Below are positions 39,123 through 50,280 of a DNA stretch of 64,000 nt, piece after piece. A model generated the notes under the pieces. The model searched no databases, had not been told where the DNA came from, and saw only the letters and a list, made by a program, of their open reading frames with translations. The stretch is from Azolla caroliniana (Eukaryota > Plantae > Polypodiophyta): assembly GCA_043228905.1 (NCBI GenBank), contig JBHGNT010000017.1:558001-622000 (forward strand), given 5' to 3'. Each line of letters opens with the position of its first letter. The first letter of the stretch is position 1. The translations under genes and the position numbers were made by a program.

Positions 39123-42100
39123 TGTAGAAAGTAGCGTGTGGAAGCAGGTATGAACACAGAACAGAGGAAGGAAACTCAGGTTCAATGGAGAGCTTAGGCT
39201 TACACGGTATACGCAGGAGAGACAGAGAGAGAAACATAAAAACCTATATTCAACAATAACACTCAATCTCTGTACATAAGACGTGCTCAGTGAACACTTT
39301 TATACAAGTCCTGGAAGGATTGACAGTACTTCAATGCTCATTAAGAGCTCCTACACTAACTCCCAAATATATTCCTCATGGAATAACTTTCCTAACGATC
39401 TCCCGGTTTACGCACTCGGCCTAACCGATCGGTCCCAACCGATCCGGTCCTCGGCTTCTTCAGCCGATCCGGCCGATGTTGAGCTTGTCTCTCAACACTC
39501 CCCCTCAAGCTCAACTTGAGGCTCTTCGGGATCTTCACAGCACCGGTTCCTCCTGGCTTCTCGCCTCGCTCGCGCTCCTCGACCTGTTCGACTCCGCGCG
39601 CTTCGACCCTTCCGGTCGGCTTGTCTGCTCATGCGGCCCTCATCAGCTCTTCTGTTGTTGCGGTGTTGACGCTTCTTCTGCAGCCTTTTCTTCCACTTGG
39701 GCCTCGATTGATTCAACGTGTCTGAATCAAACATCTGAACCGACTCGGCTACCTCCGATCAGTTTTCGCTCTCGTCCGAGTTGGTTGTCTCCAACTCGTC
39801 TTCAGTCTTCTCGCCCTCGATGGCATCATCTCCCCTATGCGTGGTTGGCTTCGGCTCTCTCCTTCGGCTGCTCCCCTTCTGTCCGTTTCCGAACTTTTCC
39901 GCGGGTCCGCCCTCGGCTTCTACAGCCGATCCGAAGTCGCCCTCGGCTTCTACAGCCGATCCGTCTTCAACCGAGTCAACAAACGAGTCAACCGACTCGG
40001 TGTCGCGGTGTCTGCTCCTTTCCTGCTGCCTTGCTTGGTCGTTCGGGACTGTTCTCCCCCTCAAGTTCAACACGTCAAGGTGATGCAATCCGAGCGCACC
40101 TGAGAATTGCCACAACTTGTCCAGACCAAGAGGCTTGGTGAAGATGTCGGCAGCCTGCCGATCCGTCGGAACGTACTGAAGTTCGACTTCACCGGAAAGG
40201 ACACACTCACGGACGAAATGGTAGTGCACCTCAATGTGCTTGGTCTGTGCATGGAAGACGGGGTTCTTCGTGAGTTGGATGCTACTGAGGTTGTCGCAGT
40301 AGATCGTCGTCGGATCTGATACCTCCTCTTGCAGGTCCTTAAGTAGCCGCTTCAACCATATGGCTTCGCATGTCGCGACAGCCGCTCCTCGGTACTCAGC
40401 TTCGGTGCTCAATAGTGCAACTGTCGGTTGCTTCTTACTACTCCACGCGATCACGGCACTCCCGAGGGAGAACGCGTATCCAGACGTGGATCGACGATCG
40501 GCGGCATTGCCAGCCCAATCAGCATCGGTGTAGCCGACTAGCTGCACGGTTGCACCGGTCCGATATAGCAGTCCTCGGTCCTTAGTGCCACTTACGTACC
40601 GAAGTACGCGTTGTGCACACTGAAGGTGCTCCTCGATAGGTCGCGCCATGAACTGACTGATCACCCCGACCGGATAACTGAGGTCGGGTCGGGTGATGGT
40701 CAAGTATATGAGGCTTCCGACAATTTGTCGGAACCTCGTCGGGTCGCATACCTTTCCCGTATCGGGACGAAGCTTCACGGTTCTGTCCAGAGGAGTCGAG
40801 ATGGACTTACAGTCGGCCATTCCGAGTTTGAAGAGCATACTCAACACGTAATGACATTGGCTGATCAATATGCCTTCGGGGGTACGGATCACTTCGATCC
40901 CGAGGAAGTAATGAAGGTCCCCCAAATCCTTCATGTCGAACGATGCCGCAAGCTAGAGCTTCACGCGGTCGATTTCTCCTAGGTCGGCGCCGGTGATGAC
41001 CAAGTCATCAACATATAGTAAAATACTAACCGGTTCGAGTCGACCTTTCCGGATGAACAGGGAAGAGTTCGATTTTGACGTGACGAAGCCCAACCGACGC
41101 AGTTGTTGTGTGATCTTCGCGTTCCAGGCACGCGGGGCTTGCTTCAGTCCGTAAAGGGACTTCTTCCATCGGCAGACTGCCGAGGAGTTCGTTCCGGAGT
41201 GAAATCCAGGGGGTTGTACCATGTACACCTGTTCCTCAAGGTCACCTTGCAAGAACGCATTCTTTACATCCATCTGATGTAAGTGCCACCCCTTGGCCGC
41301 GGCTACTGCGAGCAAAACACGGACGGTTGTCATTTTTGAGACCGGCGCAAACGTCTCATTGTAGTCGATGCCGTGTTTTTGCGCGTAGCCCTTTGCCACT
41401 AGCCGAGCCTTGTACCGGTTGACCGAGCCATCGGTGTTGTACTTGACTTTGTACACCCATCTACACCCGATCGGCTTCACACCCTTCGGTGCATCCACCA
41501 GGTCCCAGGTCTCGTTCTCCGCCAATGCGTGCATCTCTTCCTCCATCGCGGCGCGCCAATTCGCGTCCTTTGTCGCTTCTGCGTAGCTCTCAGGCTCACG
41601 CACTTCCGCTACACGAGTCATGTACGCATAATATGTGCCATGTACTCGTTTTATCCGAACCGCACAACTGGGTTCTTCTGGCGGGTAGATCGGCGTAATC
41701 TCACATTAGCCGATGTCGAGGCCTTCTCAGTCGACGCGGTCTTCACCTTTAAAGACCCGTCACCGGTTCCCTCGGAGTCGGACTCGCGTCGGTCTGACTC
41801 GTTCCTTTCCGTGCCGGAATCTGACACCTTCTTCTTCCCTTTCTCTTTGCGCATAAGTCGTCTCCTCGGCTTCCTGCGTAGGGAAAGCACGGCTGAGTCT
41901 CCACTACTCGCCGGTTCTTCATCGGACTGGTCGTACCGACTCAGTCGTCCAATCGGTCCACTTAACCGGAGTGAAATCGGACTCTCTTCGCGGTTCTCGA
42001 TTTCGGGCTCATCCGGAGGCATCTCGGCCTCGCTGACCTCATCGTTAGAACTCGTATTGGAGTCGGGGTTCCGAGGCGAGGGCAGCTACCAGGACGCGGA

Positions 42101-44812
42101 CTCGTCAAACACAACGTCGCGGCTGACACGCGCTTGTTTTGTGCGAGGGTTATAGCACTTATAACCCTTCTGCTCGTCCGAGTAACCGACCAAGATGCAC
42201 TTCTCGGCCTTTGCGTCCAGCTTCCTCCTTTTCTCCTTCGGTACATGCACATACGCAATGCTACCAAACACCCTCAAGTGTTGCAAGTTCGGCTTCATTC
42301 CGAAATATAGCTTGTGCGCCGACACTTTGTCTCCGATCTGGTTCTGGATGTATACCACGGTCCTTACCGCCTCGGCCCAGTAGAACTTGGGCAAGCTCTT
42401 CTCCTCCAGCATTGCCCGTGCCGCTTCCACAATCGACCGATTCTTCCTCTCGGCCACGCCGTTCTGCTCCGGCGTGTATCTACAACTGAATTCGCGCCGA
42501 ATTCCCATTTGTTGTAGATAACCGTTGAATTGACCGGAAAAGTACTCTTTCCCGCCATCCGACCGCAGGCACTTGATCTTTCGTCCCGTTTCCGTTTCCA
42601 CGAACCCTTTGAGGTCCCGGAAACAGTCGAAGACTTCGCTCTTCCTCTCAATGAGGTAGATCCACGTGTGCCGCGTGTGGTCGTCGATGAAGGAGGCGAA
42701 ATATCGGCTCCTGCCAAGGCTAACGTTTTGTGCCGGCCCCCACACATCCGAGTGTATAAGGTCGAGCTTGTTCCGGCTCCGGTTTCGCTCGTTGGGGAAA
42801 GGAAGTCGGTGTTGCTTCCCGAGCTGGCAGGCTTCACAAATTTGTGCCTTTCGGCCACTAAACTTGGGCAATCCAAACACTACCTGTTTCAATTGCAGAT
42901 CTAGAAGCCGCTGGTAGTTGACGTGGCCTATCCGCTTGTGCCACAAGTCGATGTCCGACTCGGCTTTTTGTCCCTTCGCGAACATTGCGGTGCCACCGTC
43001 AGTGGAATCGAGGATGAACATCCTCCCGTCTCTGCGCCCTTGCGCAATCACTCGGCCTTCTTCCTCAATGAAGCACCCGAGGTGTGTAAACCGAACCTCC
43101 ATCCCTTGGTCGACGATCTGTCCGACCGAGACCAAGTTCTTCGTGATTGTCGGAACGTGCAACACGTTCTTGAGTTTCCCTTTCTGCCCGACATGGCTAA
43201 GGGGAACTTCTCCGACATTCGCGATCGGATGTGGAGTGTCATCTCCTGTTGCGACTACTCCCGGTTGTATCGGTTTTTCAAGGTACGAGAACCACTCCTT
43301 ATGGCTCGTCATGTGGTTTGACGCGCCGGAGTCTACGTACCACACCTCGTCCGATCTCGGGGTGCTCTGTTTCATTGAGTTTGCTTCGTGTTTCGTCACG
43401 AAGACAGACCCTTCTGCGGCTCTCCCGGAGTCTTTGGCGTAGTGCGATCGCTGCCGATTTCCCTTGTCGGTATGTCTGGAGCCATTCCCAGAACCGGTTC
43501 TCTCCGAATCGGCGCGCTTCTTCCAGCACTCGCTTTCCCTGTGGCCTTTCTTGCCACAGTACCAGCACTCCGCGATGGCCTTCCCTTGTCGGTTCTCATC
43601 ACTTCGACTCCCCCTGTTTCCGGAGGGTCCGGAGTTGCTGTCGGCATCACTTCGGTGCCTTCTTCCTTGATCTTGTCGGTCGCCTCCATTGCGTGCCGAC
43701 TCACCTCATCCTCCACGTCCACGGGGCCTATCTCCCTCCGTGTACAGCATTCTGTTGTCGGTGTGCGCGCTTGTAGACGCACCCGCGTGGTTCTCCTCTA
43801 CCAGGAGCATCGACGGTAAGTCGAAAAAGGACGGCGTATTCTCCCGGGTACACACAGCTGTTCGGAACGCTCCGAACTTCGACGCCAAACCTCTGAGACA
43901 GATCTGGACCATCTCACTCTCCTCGATGTTCACCTCTATGGAGGCGAGGGAGTTGCAGATATCCTTGATCTTCGAGGTATAGTCCGCCACTGACAAGTCG
44001 CGTTGTCGTAGGTTGCTCAACTCCTGTCGGAGCTGAAGCTTCCTGGTTGTGGTGCTCGCGGCGAAAATCTTCTTCAGATTTTCCCACGCACCCTTCGGCG
44101 TCTTTGCATCCCGAACATAGCTCAATAGTTGTTCGCCCACACACGACGCGAAGCAGTATAGTACCCTGCTCGCTGATTGCTCCCACGACGGGAAGTCTCT
44201 GTGTGTCGATTCGGGTGTCGCGTCATTAGCTCCTTCGACATAACTCCAGTAGCCGTCCCCGAGCAGGTACTGGTGCATCTTGTAGGACCAAGACGCGTAG
44301 TTGGTTCTGTCGAGCTTCTCTGTTGGAAGCGAGCTCGCCATGCCTCTATCCATCGTTCTTCTTGTTCTTCTTCGTCAAGCTGTGTCGGCTGCAGAGAGGT
44401 TCTCAACCCTCGCGCTCTGATACCATGTAGAAAGTAGCGTGCGGAAGCAGGTATGAAGACAGAACAGAGGCAGGAAACTCAGGTTCAATGGAGAGCTTAG
44501 GCTTACACGGTATACGCAGGAGAGACAGAGAGAGAAACACAAAAACCTATATTCAACAATAACACTCAATCTCTGTACATAAGACGTGCTCAGTGAACAC
44601 TTTTATACAAGTCCTGGAAGGACTGACCGAAGTACTGACAGTACTTCAATGCTCATTAAGAGCTCCTACACTAACTCCCAAATATATTCCTCACGGAATA
44701 TCTTTCCTAACGATCTCCCGGTTTACGCACTCGGCCTAACCAATCGGTCCCAACCGATCCGGTCCTCGGCTTCTTCAGCCGATCCGGCCGATGTTGAGCT
44801 TGTCTCTCAACA
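39123..44812 (-). mobile_element. Ty1/Copia LTR retrotransposon, full length, relatively young, GC-rich
   Basis: LTRs 39123-39497 and 44426-44812 (about 8 substitutions plus a 12-bp indel by eye); TSD ATTTC (39118-39122 / 44813-44817); PBS TGGTATCAGAGC 44425-44414; PPT GAGGGGGAG just inside 39498. Confidence 0.97.
39759..44353 (-). pseudogene. Copia gag-pol split by a few stops/frameshifts
   Basis: gag EKLDRTNY; protease WYVDSGAS; integrase WHKRIGH...SDGGKEY...EQNGVAE; RT KARLVAKG...LYVDDL; RNase H TEAEY...ADIFTK. Confidence 0.92.
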
Positions 44813-44817
44813 ATTTC

Positions 44818-46600
44818 ACGTTACCACTTTCATTTAACACCTTTAGTAAGAACGTGCTCTTTATGAGCAAGTGTATTCATAAATGTACTAATTGCTTGTT
44901 CAAGAGTTGCATAAGGATTAATGTGTACTACATCCCCTCCACCAATAATAGAGTTTTGTTGTCTAGCCCCATGAATACGATGTCCTTGATTAAATTAAGG
45001 CCACAATACCCGTCCTAAAGAATCGAATTGTAACCACTTAGACAATCTTTGATTTCCCACAGTCTTGTTTCTATCAAGGATTTCTCTTAAAGCCCTTATT
45101 CATTCTCAAATTATCTTTTGGTAACGCCTTACCATTAGAACTTTTTGTGTTCCTTACTCTTCCCTTTTATCTTTGCTTCATTAGATATCACTCTTGATCT
45201 TCCGCATTTGGTTCTATATTAGTATGTACTCCATTATCCTCCCCAATACCTCTATATTAGTGTGTACTCCATTATCCTCCCCAATACCTCTGACATGACC
45301 ATGAACTTTAGAATCTCGCTCTAACCCATGAGATGTTCTCTCATCCATGACCATATCAACCATTGATATGACAATATTCTCATCTTCCTTATTTTTTTCA
45401 TTGACATTATTTTCCATGGATGGTTCACCATGTGTCATGATATGGCAAGACTCGAACCCATGACCTTATGCTACATGGGTCGAGCTCTTGACCATTAGAC
45501 TATACATTGTAATACGTAGAATATTATTTTCATTTATGTTTTATTATAGAAAATTGATGTATATTCCAGATTTCTCTTGAACATTCTAAAAACTTCAGGA
45601 GTATTCCTTAGAACACTATAAAAGGAGGCACAAGGCATTATTTCGAACCAAATCGGTTCAATGCTAGTCTTAAGCCTCCTAACTACTGTACATTTTCTTC
45701 ACATAATATATATCTTTTCTTATCATCACTCTCTCTCTCTCTCGATTTCTCTCTCCCTCCCTCTCACTCACTCTTTCCTTCTCTCGAGAGTTCTTCACCT
45801 CTCTTAGTACTAATACTTCTTTTAGTACTAATTCCTTCTCTGTCTTAGTATTGTTCCTGACACCATGATATTGGTGTTTAGCCATAAAATGGCTCAATTG
45901 ACCACATTTGAAACAATGTCCTACAAAAGTCTCCCATTAAAGCTTAAAACAAAATCGATCAAATTGAAATGAACCTATACTCAACCATCTTAGAAGTTTA
46001 GAACTCACATCCCATAACATTCAAAATCTATATTTGTTCAAAGAATTAGCATGAGGAGCAACCAAAGCGTTACCAATTTGAGACATGAATACTGGTAGTA
46101 ATTCCCAAAAGAATGAGTTACTAAAATTAACATTCATCCAAAATTGGACATTGTTGTTTCAATAAATCACAACAATCCATTCCATCACATGCACTAATCT
46201 TCTATCAAAACATATTGGTACCTTTGCCATCAAAGTCGTATGGTGTTCTAACGATTGAAAAACCAAGTATGGCATATGCGGCCCACAATATTAATGGTCG
46301 CAGTTCTTTCTCGAAGGAGAAATTGGTCGACATCATACATTTCCATTTGATGACGTTTTCACTGTTTTAAGGGAAAGTTGAATGTGCCATTTAGAAATCA
46401 AGTTCATCCTATATTCACAATGCCAACATTGTGATCCATGCCATTAATTTGTTGGTCAAACAATTAATGTTTATTGGCAATGATTAGAAGTATCTTTTCT
46501 CACACATGAATGTCCATGAGAAGGTACAATATGAGGTTTGTTTTAGGATGTATCCTTGAATTGTAATTGATAGGGATGTACAATAATATAACCTTTCAGT
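44818..46600 (-). mobile_element. L1 LINE 5' part (decayed ORF1 and ORF2 start), interrupted by a solo LTR
   Basis: ORF2 ATG at 44833. Decayed ORF1 zinc knuckle GHCFKCGQLSHFMAKH at ~45925-45875. Right boundary approximate. Confidence 0.55.
45433..45862 (+). mobile_element. Solo LTR (430 bp) containing an antisense tRNA-like module
   Basis: TGTCA...TGACA termini, perfect TSD CCATG (45428-45432 / 45863-45867), TATA-like CTATAAAAGG near 45617, CT-rich downstream part. Confidence 0.85.
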
Positions 46601-46986
46601 AACTGCATATAATTAAATTGTTAATGGCAGTACCTATCCAATGTATATATAATTTCACCAACCTAAATATGTATAAACTAGTATTCGTTTTTCTAATCTG
46701 TAATCAAAATTTAACACATATTGCATATAATAAATCTTTATCAAGTCTTGAATAGAAATTCAAGTGTAATTAAAACACATTTTGCGAGGTACAATGAAAT
46801 TTAGGATTAAGAGGATGTTCTATTCATATGAATCAACACAAGAATTTATTATATGAAGAAAAGAAATAAATGGTGCTTGACTTTGTAGCACATAGATGTG
46901 CCATTCAAGAAATCAAAATATAATAATTTGATAAAGAGTTTGCATGTGTAGGCGTTGTAAAGAACTTTAATGTTCTCATGTCCACC

Positions 46987-49973
46987 CTAACATTGTGGAA
47001 GATCGGAAGGGGGTGGAGGGAGTGTTTGCTTCCGTCCTTTTCCATTCTCCGTAATAAAGACCATCGACATGCCCATGGAACTATGAAAGTCGAAATGGCA
47101 ATGCATGAACCATACACCTAAAATGACATGAGGGAAAATTTTATTTTATTCCAAAAAATGAGGGAAAATTTTAGATTTCAAATGATTATAAGTTGTAATA
47201 ATAGAACCATCATCCATGGGAATGTCATTTAAGAACCAACCACATTATTAACTATTGTTTGAAATGTGTGTGCATCTATGTAAGCATGTTATACATATTG
47301 TATGCATGTCATAGATATGTATCACAAACGCGCGTGCACGCACACACACACACACAAATAAATTGACATCATAAAGCAACCATGCTAATTATTTGTTGTA
47401 GTTATAAAATGCATTTATTCGACACATTTATACCTGGATTATCTGCAGTAAAACGAACTGCAGCCCATCCTCCAGCAGGGACACCAATTGTGTTTCTGAA
47501 GGGAGGGTTGATAAGATTAAAGTTGGGTGTGTCTTTTGTTTCATTGAATGTTCCAAATCCCGAGCCGACAATATAAAAGTTTTGACCATGCAAATGGATT
47601 GGATGATTTTCATAGAAGAGAACGGCTGTATTTTGAAGAATCAATTGCACTTTTGAGTTGAATTTGAGGAGTTTGACTTTCGTAGCCAACTCAGATTTCC
47701 TATTTGTGGGGCCGGGTCCAGTGTAGTTATACTCAAAAAGAGGGTTGGAGGGGAAGTCTCCTTGGTATGTACCATTAACATTATAATAATAAGCTTGTTG
47801 TAAAGAGAGCAAAGGGTCAACAAAGGTGACATTATTGATTGAAGCAGAGAGGCGGAGACCAGGGAAAGGGCGAAACGTACAATTAGGGCAACTGTTCAAG
47901 GCATACCCAACAGTGAAGAAGAGGTTTTCATCATAAGTTTGGGGGACACGAGAAGAATTGTTAATGGGGAGGCCACGAAGACTTTGAGTGAAGTTAGCGA
48001 CAAAGATAGAGTCATTGAAAAGGGGAAAAGAAGGGAGAGAGAGAGAGGGTGTAAGGGAGAGGTTTGTGGAGGCACCTTTGTATCGAATGATAGCAGTGCT
48101 AGGGATTGTGGGATAGGGCACAGCTGCAGGATTTGCAGGTGAGAAAACAGATGCAGCTAGTAGGTATTGTCCTACTACTTGATTTGCAGTAAGTAAAACA
48201 TCACTTGTTTGTCCTGGGGCCAACACCACTATGTCTCTAGTCAACGGCTCAGTGTACTCTGCATCTGCATTTACTATTGTCAAGTTGTGGCCAGCAACAC
48301 CCACATACAAATGAAAGTTCACCCCTGCATTTATTAGCCTTAACAAATATGTTTGGCCTTTCTCTACCTCAAACACCGATGTACCTACATCAACATTTAG
48401 ATATATATGATATGGTGGTTCCACTATCAATGGGAACAATTAGCCCTTCCTTTCTAAGAAATATTTGTAAACATTTACCATCCAGAGAGCAATTATAAAG
48501 TACACCAGGTTGACCATTGATTGTCAATGCATCAGATATGTTGTAGGGAGCCCCACTTTTTAGTGCTTCGGCAATAACATCCTCAACTTCGGCATTCCAC
48601 CATTCACCTATGTGTAAGAGGTGATGTAAATTGATTACTTCCAAGGGGTATGATAAGATTTGGAACGAACTCTCACTATATATAATGGAAATGTATAATA
48701 TCTACCTAATACCACAGGGAATTGTGCCTTGGGTGGTCTATAAGGAACAAAACCCTTAGATTTGGGAAGAATGACAAATGCACCATGTACCGTAGCACGC
48801 AACCAACTAATATGTGCATGATATAAGAGAGTTCCCCGTTGTTCCACCATTCGAAAACGATGGACATATGATTTTCCCGTTTGGATTGGACATTGTGTGA
48901 TGTAGGCAGGCCCATCAGCCCATGCACTTAGAAGTTGGCGAACCCCATGCCTAGGTGTTAAAAAGAAAAGAAAATTGTTCTAAATTTAAACGATCATAGT
49001 TGTGACTATTTTTTGCATAAATTTCACAAATTTAGCTACATATAATTACCAATGGATGGTCATATTGTGAGGTACTAGATTCGTGACATTGACCACCACA
49101 TTATCTCCCTCCCTCACGAACATTGTTGGTCCAGGAAATTGGCCATTTATGGAGACAACTTGTTTGGTGTGGCAAATCCGTGTGATATTTACGTATTGAA
49201 CCTACATGAATGAACAACGATGTTGTGTTACATTACATAATTTTAATAAAAACTTATAAATGAAACATATTCTTTTACAGTTCAAGTATTCCAAATTTGT
49301 AAGGACAAGGAGGATTGGAGTACTTAATCCTTGCTATATTGTCAAGCAAAGTCAATATTGTGTCTAAGATATAGGAGTTATCTTGGTAACTTGCTACATC
49401 ATTTGAGATCAACATCATAGTGATATAAATCCATTGGCTCATTTCTAAATCTACTCTCTCGATTCATTAAAATATGATATGGGTCTATATGTTATAATTT
49501 CTTCATCATAGATGCATGTGCTACAAAATCATCATTTTAACAACAAAGGACATACCATAATCATTAAGTTATTCCTTAGCTACAAAAGTACTAATGTGCA
49601 AATATATGGACCTCATGATAATCAATTGAATGGACACAATATAAGTGATTGAATGGATTCAATATTATTCCTCTAGTAGAGTAGTCCATACTAGCATTAT
49701 TAATGAACCATTTTAATTTGCTACAAAAACAAACACCCACTCACTCACACAATACATACACACACACACACACACACCCATATCCATCCATACATACATA
49801 CATACATACATACACACAGAGAGGTTACTAGTCGAATGATGCAGTTCATGAAATGTGCTTACTTTAAAGTCGAAGTAGACTGTGCGAGCCCATGCAGCAG
49901 AGAGAGAAGAAAGAGACAAGATGATGATGATTAGAACAGAATTGGAGTTTGGATTGAAGGGAGCCATTAGCAT
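46987..49973 (-). CDS. LAC: Laccase (multicopper oxidase), 6 exons: 49973-49863, 49201-49050, 48950-48706, 48607-48479, 48384-47434, 47117-46987
   Basis: Signal peptide; copper motifs HWHG, YHAH, HPIHLHG, HCHFDFH; all introns GT-AG; exon sizes 111/152/245/129/951/131 sum to 1719 nt in frame and follow the usual plant laccase exon pattern; C-terminus PPSDLPQC*. Confidence 0.96.
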
Positions 49974-50036
49974 TCAAAAGTGGAGATGCACATGTGTTAT
50001 TTCCCCCTCAAATGTGTTTGGGAATTGATGCAAATC

Positions 50037-50046
50037 CTTTATATAG
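50037..50046 (-). promoter_or_regulatory. Probable laccase TATA box
   Basis: CTATATAAAG on the minus strand ~65 bp upstream of the ATG. Confidence 0.6.
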
Positions 50047-50079
50047 GAAACGACATTTTAACGGAGCCTTGATTGGGTT

Positions 50080-50280
50080 GACCATTACAATTGCTAGCAT
50101 TTGTTCACCTATATAATAATGCAATTTAAGGAAACCTTCGCTGGGTTGATAACTATATAATACTAGCATTTGTTCACCTATATAATAATGTGATTTAAGG
50201 ATGCCTTCGCTAGGTTGATCACTACAAAATACTAGCATTCGTTCACATATATAATAATGTAATTTAAGGAAACTTTGCTT
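50080..50280. repeat. Three-copy 69-bp tandem repeat in the laccase promoter
   Basis: CTAGCATT(T/C)GTTCAC.TATATAATAATG..ATTTAAGGA units near 50094, 50163, 50232. Confidence 0.85.

Noticed and set aside
39476-44437. Numerous long antisense and alternative-frame ORFs
   Set aside because: Expected from the GC-rich, stop-poor Copia sequence; no recognisable domains.
25204-45451. Apparent inverted repeat between 25204-25222 and 45432-45450 as TIRs of a 20-kb element
   Set aside because: One side is LINE-derived sequence and the other is the start of a solo LTR with its own TSD; likely a chance match.
45440-45505. Functional tRNA gene
   Set aside because: A and B boxes are present, but the acceptor and anticodon stems do not form a proper cloverleaf; treated as tRNA-derived only.
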